Below are positions 38,560-46,643 of a DNA stretch of 64,000 bases, piece by piece (position 1 is the first letter of the stretch; each line of letters starts with the position of its first letter). A model generated the notes under the pieces. The model was not told the DNA's origin, did not search any database, and saw only the letters and a program-made list of their open reading frames with translations. Origin of the DNA: an uncultured virus (IMG/VR IMGVR_UViG_3300009074_000003) (taxonomy: Duplodnaviria > Heunggongvirae > Uroviricota > Caudoviricetes); the IMG/VR virus record IMGVR_UViG_3300009074_000003; one strand, 5' to 3'. A program made the translations under genes and the position numbers.

Positions 38560-39596
38560 TGGATAATATAACAAAATATTTACATAAAATAGCATATAAA
38601 TTTCCTAAAGGATATCCTGATATGGGTGATCCTAAAGATAAAGATATGTTATTTGAATTAATAAAAACTGTAATAGAAGCAGAAGAAGAAGTAGAAATTG
38701 ATGTCAAAACATCACAACCTTCTGGGGGGTCTGAAACATATAATGATACTATTAGATATGCTATATATGGTAAAGATTACAAAGATAAACCAATTCCAAA
38801 ACCTAAGAGTAAATACCCTTATAAAAATTCTACATTTAGTATAGCAGTTAGCTCTGAAGATAAAGAATTATTTACCAAACTATACCCTGTTAAACCCCCA
38901 AAAGTAGGAAAAGAAATAGGTAGTGCTGGTTCTTTAGGTGTGGGGAATGGAGAAATTGCATTATATTGGTTATATCATTTTTCAAATAGTGCTAAAGTAA
39001 CAGAAGGTAGAGAAAAAGATGACCCGGATTTATACTTTAACAATCAGGGAGTAGAGGTTAAGTCTTGGAGTACTGATAAAGGTTTACACGGTTTAGGAAG
39101 ATTTGGAGCTGATAAAGAAAATTTATCATTACTTTCACTTATATTTGGGTTTAGTGCTCTAGTAAGTGTTTTTGATGGTGAAGGTGAATTGCCAAAAACA
39201 GTAAATCCAACTAATTTTAGAGGATTTCAACTTACGGCTGCTATGGAAAAAGTAAAAGAGTTTAAAAGCCTTTTAAATAAAAATAGTGATTTAGTAGATG
39301 AATATCCTTTATTTAAAAATATTAAATCTAATGTAGATAGAGTATACAATACATTAAATTTAGAAGATTCAGATAGCCCTCAGGATATGGGGAGAAAGAT
39401 GGCAATACAACTTTTAAAACCAAAATTAGATAGAAAACCAGGAGATGGTAACCATTTAGCAAATGTAAAAGACAATGGGGATATTAAATTCTTTCAAATT
39501 AATTTTGATGAATTAAAAAATAGTGATGAATTAATGAAAGACTTTGAAGTAAAACAGAGTGCAATTAGAATTAATTTTGATAAAATTTGGGGTTAA
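38559..39596 (+). CDS. Putative PD-(D/E)XK restriction-endonuclease-like protein
   Basis: GNGEIALYW followed by PDLYFNNQGVEVKS (E...PD-x8-ExK). Confidence 0.55.
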   Translation: MDNITKYLHKIAYKFPKGYPDMGDPKDKDMLFELIKTVIEAEEEVEIDVKTSQPSGGSETYNDTIRYAIYGKDYKDKPIPKPKSKYPYKNSTFSIAVSSEDKELFTKLYPVKPPKVGKEIGSAGSLGVGNGEIALYWLYHFSNSAKVTEGREKDDPDLYFNNQGVEVKSWSTDKGLHGLGRFGADKENLSLLSLIFGFSALVSVFDGEGELPKTVNPTNFRGFQLTAAMEKVKEFKSLLNKNSDLVDEYPLFKNIKSNVDRVYNTLNLEDSDSPQDMGRKMAIQLLKPKLDRKPGDGNHLANVKDNGDIKFFQINFDELKNSDELMKDFEVKQSAIRINFDKIWG

Positions 39597-39614
39597 AAAA
39601 TAAAATAAAACAAT

Positions 39615-40967
39615 ATGTGTAACTGCGGATGTAATACTTGTGATACTAATAAATCAACGTTAATGTTAAATGAAAATTTAGCACCGCGTGCTATATTGTC
39701 TGAGGGTTTAAAACACCATATAGACAACGATAAACCGCTTACTGAACATTTATACCGTGCGGGTTCACGTGCTTATTTTGATTTATTTGCAGAAGCAAGA
39801 TCTTTATATAGTAGAGGCATTTTAAAATTTACTAATGAAGATGATTTAGCTTTACTTACAGAAACTAATTTAGGTCATTTTGGTATGTTTGAAGGTAAAA
39901 AAGTGCCTTTAGATTTTCCTATTGAATTAAATGAGCAAATGGACATATATGATGACATTGCAAATATGGAATTTGGAATGGATTATGACCAATTAGGTGA
40001 TAATGAAAAAGAATGGGTTCGTGATGAAATTGATAATATGGAAATGAATGAAGTTACCAGTTATAGTGGTTTTAATAGAAACCCAGAGGACCCAGATTCC
40101 GAACCATTTCAACCAACAGGGTCAGTATCTGAATTTAGAGAAGATTTAAGAGCATTATTTGGTAAATTTAAGGGTGATTTAAAAAATCCTGAGTTTATAA
40201 AAGGAGTAGCTCAAATAATGGTTAATTGGAAATCACTTTTAAGAAGTCAATTAAATGAATCAGATTCTAAATATCCAAATTTTGATTTAAATAAAAATAT
40301 AAAATACAAAGATACATCTATTTCAAGTGGGATGTGGAGATACACAGGTCAAGAACAAGGTGGAGCAGGTGTTTATAGAAATTTAAATAATGGTCAAATA
40401 TTAGCTTTTGATAGAAGTGATTTTGATATATTTAAAAATAATCTTAGCAGTCATTTTGATATAAATGAAGGAACATTTAATTCTCCTAACCATATTGCAA
40501 TTTTTGATGGTCCTGATGGCATGGTAGATGTTTATAAGACACCAGAGGGTTATTATTTCCAAACTGATAATTATGATGGAGAAGCTTCTAATGCTAAAGA
40601 AGCAGCTAAATGGTTAAAAGATAATGGTTTTGTTAGATTACAAGCTGGTAGTTTAGATGAAGCTAAAAAGAAAAAAGCTAAGAAAAAAGATAATAGACCA
40701 ATAGGAAAACCAATGCGTTCATCTTCAGGTGGAAAAGCTTACAAAGTATACGTTAAGGATCCTAAAACTAAAAAGATTAAAACCGTTAGATTTGGATCTG
40801 GTGGTTTAAGAGCAAAAATAAATGACTCTAAGGCCCGCGCAGCATTTGCAAAAAGACACAAATGTTCAACTAAAAAAGACAGAACTAAAGCAGGTTATTG
40901 GAGTTGTAGATTACCTAGATATGCAAAATTACTCGGACTCAAATCAAGCTTTTCTGGATTCTGGTAA
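39615..40967 (+). CDS. Modular putative capsid-internal protein with a basic C-terminal domain
   Basis: MCNCGCNTC start, LNE/MNE/INE/LDE junctions, C-terminal VYVKDPK..VRFG..ARAAFAKRHKC..AGYWSC. Confidence 0.7.
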   Translation: MCNCGCNTCDTNKSTLMLNENLAPRAILSEGLKHHIDNDKPLTEHLYRAGSRAYFDLFAEARSLYSRGILKFTNEDDLALLTETNLGHFGMFEGKKVPLDFPIELNEQMDIYDDIANMEFGMDYDQLGDNEKEWVRDEIDNMEMNEVTSYSGFNRNPEDPDSEPFQPTGSVSEFREDLRALFGKFKGDLKNPEFIKGVAQIMVNWKSLLRSQLNESDSKYPNFDLNKNIKYKDTSISSGMWRYTGQEQGGAGVYRNLNNGQILAFDRSDFDIFKNNLSSHFDINEGTFNSPNHIAIFDGPDGMVDVYKTPEGYYFQTDNYDGEASNAKEAAKWLKDNGFVRLQAGSLDEAKKKKAKKKDNRPIGKPMRSSSGGKAYKVYVKDPKTKKIKTVRFGSGGLRAKINDSKARAAFAKRHKCSTKKDRTKAGYWSCRLPRYAKLLGLKSSFSGFW

Positions 40968-41232
40968 ACCATATATTGACTTAGAAGTTACAGATAATTA
41001 TATTCTAAGACAATTTAATGAATCAATTGATCCTATAGAATTACTTTGGCATCGTGATGATGAAGACAGAGTAGTTGAAATTATAGGAGAAACTGATTGG
41101 AGTTTACAACTTGATAATTCCCTTCCATCTTCCCTTCAGGAACGTATATTTATACCTCGACATCAGTGGCATAGAGTAATCAAAGGCACTGGAAGTTTAA
41201 AACTTAAAATATATAAAAATGAACAAATGTGA
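40921..41232 (+). CDS. Small cupin-like protein (start uncertain)
   Basis: WHRDDEDR...IFIPRHQWHRVIKG cupin His motifs; nearest ATG is at 40921, inside the upstream gene. Confidence 0.65.
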   Translation: MQNYSDSNQAFLDSGKPYIDLEVTDNYILRQFNESIDPIELLWHRDDEDRVVEIIGETDWSLQLDNSLPSSLQERIFIPRHQWHRVIKGTGSLKLKIYKNEQM

Positions 41233-41287
41233 TTGTCAAATATGTAAGTGCGGTACTTCATGTAGTTGTACTTGTTGTAATTGTTAA
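41219..41287 (+). CDS. 22-aa Cys-rich metallothionein-like peptide (not in ORF track)
   Basis: MNKCDCQICKCGTSCSCTCCNC*, 9 Cys in CxC/CC arrangement; fills the gap between two genes. Confidence 0.65.
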   Translation: MNKCDCQICKCGTSCSCTCCNC

Positions 41288-41292
41288 ATAAA

Positions 41293-41568
41293 ATGGAAAA
41301 TTTCGATTATAAAAAATATTTAGCTGAAGGTCGCTTATACGAAAACGTATTAGCTCAAAAACTTAGAGACGAAGCAAAACACCCAGACTCAAAAGTGGGT
41401 GCTGCTATATTTAACAAGTATGCTGAAAAAGTAGAAAAAGCTAAAAAAGAAGATTATGTAAAACTTATAAAAGCTATGGAAAGCGAATTAATATCTAAAC
41501 ACCCTGATACATTCAGTGGTGAAGATGACATTCCAGGAAGCTTTTTACGTGAGGACAAAATAAATTAA
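41293..41568 (+). CDS. Small protein with an MxNFDxxKYLAEG leader
   Basis: ATG at 41293 after an A-rich leader; leader shared with the next gene. Confidence 0.7.
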   Translation: MENFDYKKYLAEGRLYENVLAQKLRDEAKHPDSKVGAAIFNKYAEKVEKAKKEDYVKLIKAMESELISKHPDTFSGEDDIPGSFLREDKIN

Positions 41569-41573
41569 AATAA

Positions 41574-42056
41574 ATGAATAACTTCGATTTAACAAAATAT
41601 TTAGCTGAAGGTAAGCTACTAAATGAATTCGTAGGTAAAGCCTTAGAAGATAGAAATCAACCTCTTTATGATAAATTAGTAGCAGGATCTGGCAAATCAG
41701 ATACTATGGAAGGTGAAATGTTAAGAGCTATTAATAGAATTGTTTATCGTTATTATAATGATGGAGATGAATACCATACAGGATATGGTACTGAAACAGC
41801 AGGACCAGCTCATTCATTTTTGGTTAATGCTAACACAGGTGTAAGATCAGCAATGAATATGATATTTAGAAATGGAACTAATTATGAAGAAACTATTGAG
41901 GATGCTTTAGAGCATATTTTATCTCATATTGAAGCTAAACAAGGTAAATACACCCCTAATACAGTAGGTGATATGTTTGATTATGAAGCTGAATTTGAAG
42001 ACGATACATATGAAGAAGAAGATTATGATGATTATGATGATGATTATGATTATTAA
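41574..42056 (+). CDS. Protein with an MxNFDxxKYLAEG leader and an acidic D/Y tail
   Basis: MNNFDLTKYLAEGKLLNE; GEMLRAINRIVYRYYNDGD core. Confidence 0.7.
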   Translation: MNNFDLTKYLAEGKLLNEFVGKALEDRNQPLYDKLVAGSGKSDTMEGEMLRAINRIVYRYYNDGDEYHTGYGTETAGPAHSFLVNANTGVRSAMNMIFRNGTNYEETIEDALEHILSHIEAKQGKYTPNTVGDMFDYEAEFEDDTYEEEDYDDYDDDYDY

Positions 42057-42092
42057 TTAAAATAATATATTTATAATAAAAAATAATAAAAC

Positions 42093-42815
42093 ATGAAATA
42101 TCACATATTTAGTGGATTGTACGTAGATGGAGCAGACTTTCAAACTGGCACGGGGATAGGCCTTTGGTGTAATTTTAATGATAATTCAGGACTATACACA
42201 GTAGACCAAGAACAAAATTTTGTAATAGACACACCAAATTTTCTAAATAATTCTTCTATAGGAGGTAGCCTTAATATAGATAATGAAATGTGTGGATCAG
42301 CACCTATACAAGCAGGTACTAATTCCCAATTCCAAGGCCCCGCAGATGGTCTCCCAACTACTTTTCCTGTAGGAAAAAGTAGATTTGCAATAGGAGCAGT
42401 TGACCTTGATGAATATGTAAGCCAGGGGGGCACTTTATCTCCATCTGATTGGTCAAATAATTTTGCTCAAATAGGATTTAGAGGAAATGCCAACCCATTA
42501 ACAGTTTCAAAACTTCCAGGACAAGTTATTCCAAGTACAGATCATTATAATGTAATAGTTGCTGGAAACGAACCCTTAGGATTAAATACAAACGATGCAG
42601 GTGGAAGAGTACATTGGGATGTTGCTACCGGTACTTTAGGTCAATTTGTTAGTAAAATATTAGGTATAAAAATTGGAGAAGTTGGTGGAGCGGGAAGTAT
42701 AGGAACTGTAGTTCCTTCAACTTCCGATGAATTAGCTGCTGGTGTTTTATTACTATCAGGGTATGGAATTTTAAAAAATGATGCACTAGCATTTGCAACA
42801 GAACCCCAACCATAA
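42093..42815 (+). CDS. Hypothetical Gly-rich protein, possibly virion-associated
   Basis: 240 aa, TATTTATA at 42068-42075, followed by a terminator. Confidence 0.6.
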   Translation: MKYHIFSGLYVDGADFQTGTGIGLWCNFNDNSGLYTVDQEQNFVIDTPNFLNNSSIGGSLNIDNEMCGSAPIQAGTNSQFQGPADGLPTTFPVGKSRFAIGAVDLDEYVSQGGTLSPSDWSNNFAQIGFRGNANPLTVSKLPGQVIPSTDHYNVIVAGNEPLGLNTNDAGGRVHWDVATGTLGQFVSKILGIKIGEVGGAGSIGTVVPSTSDELAAGVLLLSGYGILKNDALAFATEPQP

Positions 42816-42876
42816 TACAATAAACTTACAGCTCGATTCATAGCCGAGCGATTATATAAAAATAAATTTAGAGATC

Positions 42877-42909
42877 TGTGGCCTCCATTTGGAGGTCACA
42901 TTTTTTTTT
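42877..42909 (+). terminator. Intrinsic terminator overlapping an early-type promoter
   Basis: TGTGGCCTCC-ATTT-GGAGGTCACA plus T9; TTTGG at 42888 and CGTATATT at 42910. Confidence 0.75.
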
Positions 42910-42942
42910 CGTATATTAATAACAAATAAAATTTAAGTCTAG

Positions 42943-44418
42943 ATGAATAAAAACATAGTAATGGTTGGAGCCGGGGTAGCAAATGTAAATGCTGCTACTA
43001 AGCTAGTAGATGAAGGTTATAATGGTAAAATTACCATTATTGATATGGGTAAAGACCCTTATTTAAGACCCTATGAAGAAGTAATGACAGGATTTTTAGG
43101 TGCAGGAGGTTGGTCTGATGGTAAATTAACTTACCATACTTCAATTGGAGGACAATTATCTAAATATTGTGGGGAAGAAAAAGCAATGGAATTATTTGAT
43201 CAGGTGATAGATAATTTTAAACGTTTCCACCCCAAACCAGAGGAAGTACAATGTTCAAATCCAATTGCAGAACCAGATTTTATTAAACCCTATTTTGGTT
43301 TACGTTTATTCCCTGTATGGCACGTTGGTACAGATTACCTACACGAAATTGGAAAAAATTGGTATGATTATCTAGTATCTAAAGGTGTTAAATTTGAATG
43401 GGAAGCTAAGGTAACTTCAATTGATTTTGAAAACCAAACAGGAACTGTAATAGTACTACAATCTGATCTAACACATACATTTGAATATGACCGTCTAATA
43501 TTTGGTGTAGGTAAATCAGGTATTGACTTTGGTAAACAATTAGCTGAAAAATATGAACTACCAACTGAACCAAAACCAGTACAAATTGGTGTCCGATTTG
43601 AAGCACCACAAAAACACTTTCAAAAACTTATTGATGTAAGCTATGATTTCAAATTGTATCGTAAATTCGAAGACAAAGGAGTATCATTACGTTCATTCTG
43701 TACTAACAACAACGCAGCTTATGTTGCCGTTGAGCAAACGTATGGGGATGTTAGCTACAATGGACACGCTAAAAAAGGAGAAGAACATAGAAACAATATG
43801 ACCAATTTTGGCATATTAATGGAAATTCAAGGTATTGATGAACCTTTTACCTGGTCAAGAGAATTAGTTAAAGCTGTAAATGAAACTTGGTTTGATAATA
43901 GTAAAGGCCAAGGTAGATTTGCTCGTAAGACTCATACAGGTTTATATTATTCACCTACTCGTGAAGCAGGAATGACAAGTGAAGGTATAAAAGTTGATGC
44001 TATGCCTATTAAATCATTAGATCAAGTTAAAGATGCATTTCAAGGTTATTATGATTACATAGAAGATTTTATTGAAGATATGAAAAAAGTATTCCCAACA
44101 CTTAAAGATGATTGGGGTATTTATGTACCTGAAGTAAAATATTTGTCACCTGAACCATTAGTTAACTATAATGATTTAAGTTTAACTACATACCCTAATG
44201 TACATTTTGTAGGTGATGCTTTAAGTGCAAGAGGCATTACAGTATCAGGTGCTCAAGGGACATTAGTAGCAGAACAAATTGTAAATGACCAAAAAGAAAT
44301 AAATGATTTTTTAGAATGGGCTGATAAACCTGGACCTTGGTCTGAAGAAGATAATAAAATACATACTATAGGAGGATTAACAATGCCTAAAAAAAATACT
44401 AATAAATTAAATAAATAA
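42943..44418 (+). CDS. FAD-dependent oxidoreductase
   Basis: VGAGVAN Rossmann motif, GFLGAGGWSDGKL, IGVRFE, RSFC, NGH and FVGD motifs. Confidence 0.85.
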   Translation: MNKNIVMVGAGVANVNAATKLVDEGYNGKITIIDMGKDPYLRPYEEVMTGFLGAGGWSDGKLTYHTSIGGQLSKYCGEEKAMELFDQVIDNFKRFHPKPEEVQCSNPIAEPDFIKPYFGLRLFPVWHVGTDYLHEIGKNWYDYLVSKGVKFEWEAKVTSIDFENQTGTVIVLQSDLTHTFEYDRLIFGVGKSGIDFGKQLAEKYELPTEPKPVQIGVRFEAPQKHFQKLIDVSYDFKLYRKFEDKGVSLRSFCTNNNAAYVAVEQTYGDVSYNGHAKKGEEHRNNMTNFGILMEIQGIDEPFTWSRELVKAVNETWFDNSKGQGRFARKTHTGLYYSPTREAGMTSEGIKVDAMPIKSLDQVKDAFQGYYDYIEDFIEDMKKVFPTLKDDWGIYVPEVKYLSPEPLVNYNDLSLTTYPNVHFVGDALSARGITVSGAQGTLVAEQIVNDQKEINDFLEWADKPGPWSEEDNKIHTIGGLTMPKKNTNKLNK

Positions 44419-44423
44419 AAATT

Positions 44424-44690
44424 ATGAGCAGTAAATTTTATGAAGAAAAAGTAATTAAATATAAAGGAGCTAGACATTATTTAATTAGATTAGAAGGTGA
44501 AGAACATTTTAAACATCACAGATACGATTCACCAGCAATAGTACCTATCAATAAACAATCAGAGTTTAAAAGGGGATACTTTTTAAGTGGGATTGAATAT
44601 TCTGAGGAAGAGTTTAAGGATATAATGAAGGAAAGAGAAGGTTTACCTTGGTACAAAACATCAGCTGGGAAGGGAACATCAAGACATTAA
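44424..44690 (+). CDS. Hypothetical protein
   Basis: 88 aa; HRYDSPA...YFLSG. Confidence 0.65.
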   Translation: MSSKFYEEKVIKYKGARHYLIRLEGEEHFKHHRYDSPAIVPINKQSEFKRGYFLSGIEYSEEEFKDIMKEREGLPWYKTSAGKGTSRH

Positions 44691-44691
44691 T

Positions 44692-45099
44692 ATGAGAGAC
44701 CACACATTAGAAGCAATGCCTTATAAAGGAGAAATTCATGAAAAAGCATGGGGTCATGAGTTATGGATAATTAATAATGAATTCTATTGCGGTAAGTTAT
44801 TAGTATTTAAAAAGGATAAATCATTTTCAATGCATTATCATTTATTAAAAGATGAAGCATGGTACATCTCTAAAGGAAAATTTTTGTACAAATATATTGA
44901 TACTGAGGATGCTGAGTATAAATCAATTGAAGTAACAGAAGGAGATTGTATACATTTAATGCCAGGACAGCCTCACCAAATGTTGGCTCTCGAAGAAGGA
45001 AGTTGTATATTTGAAGTATCAACACAGCACTTTGATAGTGATAGTTATAGAATAGGAATGGGATCTTCACAGTTAGATCCAAAAAACTTACCATTTTAA
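44692..45099 (+). CDS. Cupin protein (sugar isomerase-like)
   Basis: KAWGHE, SMHYH..KDEAW, PGQPH and EVST..DSDSYR motifs. Confidence 0.8.
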   Translation: MRDHTLEAMPYKGEIHEKAWGHELWIINNEFYCGKLLVFKKDKSFSMHYHLLKDEAWYISKGKFLYKYIDTEDAEYKSIEVTEGDCIHLMPGQPHQMLALEEGSCIFEVSTQHFDSDSYRIGMGSSQLDPKNLPF

Positions 45100-45101
45100 T
45101 T

Positions 45102-45389
45102 ATGAGTATTAGAAAAAAATATAAACAGGAAGACCAAGAATTAGCAGCTTCTTTACAGGAAATAAACATAAATACAGCGATATTAGAAATAAAATTATTG
45201 GGTTTATCTAAAATAAAAGATAATTTATTATATGAGTGTAGATATGTTGATAGAGGAACAATTAAAACAGTGCCGATTATAGCACAAGATGTTACTCAAG
45301 CAATAGCTAAGTTAGATCCCTATGTAGAATCAGCAATCCCCGAAAACGTATTAAAAATAATGTTGGGCACAGAAAGATATAGTATATAA
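45102..45389 (+). CDS. Hypothetical protein
   Basis: 95-aa ORF in the operon. Confidence 0.55.
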   Translation: MSIRKKYKQEDQELAASLQEININTAILEIKLLGLSKIKDNLLYECRYVDRGTIKTVPIIAQDVTQAIAKLDPYVESAIPENVLKIMLGTERYSI

Positions 45390-46078
45390 TGATAAGAAAC
45401 GGTAAACAATTTTATACAAAAGATGGAAAATTAATAGATATGTCAAGCTGGGATGTTAGTAAAGGACATCAAGATGTAGGTATTAATTATGGCTGGGAAG
45501 GTGCTATGGCTTGGGGGAATTTAATCCATGATGAGTTAAATAAATATGGACCTGGTGTTCAACCCGGTGATGTTTATTTAGATTTAGGAGCAAATATAGG
45601 ACTATCAGCTTTAAGAGCAGAATTATCAGGGGCCTCTAAATTATATTGCATTGAACCTGACCCAGGAGTATACGAGGCATTAGAAATGAATAAATCAGAT
45701 AAATGGGAGAATTTTAATTTAGCAATTGCAGACTATGATGGAGAAATAGACATACCCAAATGGCCTGATTGGTGGGATAATGTTTCACGTCCTTGTATTA
45801 CTTTAGAAAATTTTATGTATTCTAATAAAATTACACATATTGATTATATGAAAGTTGATATTGAGGGACATGAAATTAAAATTTTACCCCAAATTCCAAA
45901 AGCTATATATGATAAAATTTCAAAAATTTTTATTGAATATCATGAGGATACTACAATTTCACCAGAAGATAGAGATAAAAAAAGATTAGAATTTGTAAAA
46001 TCAATAATATCAAAAGGATATAATAATCACTTTGTTGAAGTTGGATATCATCAAAGTTTTATTTATATTTGGAAATAA
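45389..46078 (+). CDS. FkbM-family SAM-dependent methyltransferase
   Basis: DLGANIG, IEP, MKVDIEGHE and IEYH motifs. Confidence 0.88.
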   Translation: MIRNGKQFYTKDGKLIDMSSWDVSKGHQDVGINYGWEGAMAWGNLIHDELNKYGPGVQPGDVYLDLGANIGLSALRAELSGASKLYCIEPDPGVYEALEMNKSDKWENFNLAIADYDGEIDIPKWPDWWDNVSRPCITLENFMYSNKITHIDYMKVDIEGHEIKILPQIPKAIYDKISKIFIEYHEDTTISPEDRDKKRLEFVKSIISKGYNNHFVEVGYHQSFIYIWK

Positions 46079-46090
46079 AATAAATAAGTT

Positions 46091-46621
46091 ATGAAAATAG
46101 GTTTTTGTGGAACAATGTCAGTAGGTAAAACAACTTTAGTTAATGCTTTATCTGAACTACCAGAATTAAAAAATTATAAATTTAGAACAGAACGTTCTAA
46201 ATATCTTATGGAAATGGGAATCCCATTAAACACAGATAGTACCGTAAAAGGCCAGTCTGTATTTTTAGCTGAAAGAGCTAGTGAACTAATGCAAAATAAT
46301 ATTATAACAGATAGAACTATTATTGATGTGATGGCGTTTGCTAAATGTTCTAAGTCTATGAATTACATGGAAGCAGATGATTTTTGCTCATTTGCTAGTA
46401 ATATGTTAGATGAATATGATTATATATTTTATGTTTCACCTGAAGGTGTTGATATAGAAAATAATGGTGTTAGAGAAACTAATGCTGAATATAGAAAATT
46501 AATTGACCAAAACATACAGCTTTTAATTATTAAGTACAGACATAAGATAAAAAACTTAATTGAAATAAAAGGTTCAACAGAGGAACGTATAAAGTTAGTT
46601 AAACAGTCAATTTCTTTGTGA
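46091..46621 (+). CDS. P-loop NTPase/nucleotide kinase (AAA_28-like)
   Basis: GTMSVGKTT, TDRTIID, YDYIFY and ENNGVR motifs. Confidence 0.8.
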   Translation: MKIGFCGTMSVGKTTLVNALSELPELKNYKFRTERSKYLMEMGIPLNTDSTVKGQSVFLAERASELMQNNIITDRTIIDVMAFAKCSKSMNYMEADDFCSFASNMLDEYDYIFYVSPEGVDIENNGVRETNAEYRKLIDQNIQLLIIKYRHKIKNLIEIKGSTEERIKLVKQSISL

Positions 46622-46643
46622 TATTTATAACAAAAATACTCTA

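Noticed and set aside
40822..40920. Track start of the cupin ORF at 40822
   Set aside because: Would overlap the C-terminal domain of the 39615 gene by ~145 nt; a later start is more plausible
41281..41292. TTG start for the 41281-41568 ORF
   Set aside because: The ATG at 41293 gives MENFDYKKYLAEG, matching the leader of the next gene, and avoids overlap with the Cys-rich peptide
42000..42056. GATTATGAT repeats as a regulatory repeat
   Set aside because: They simply encode the acidic D/Y tail of the 41574 protein
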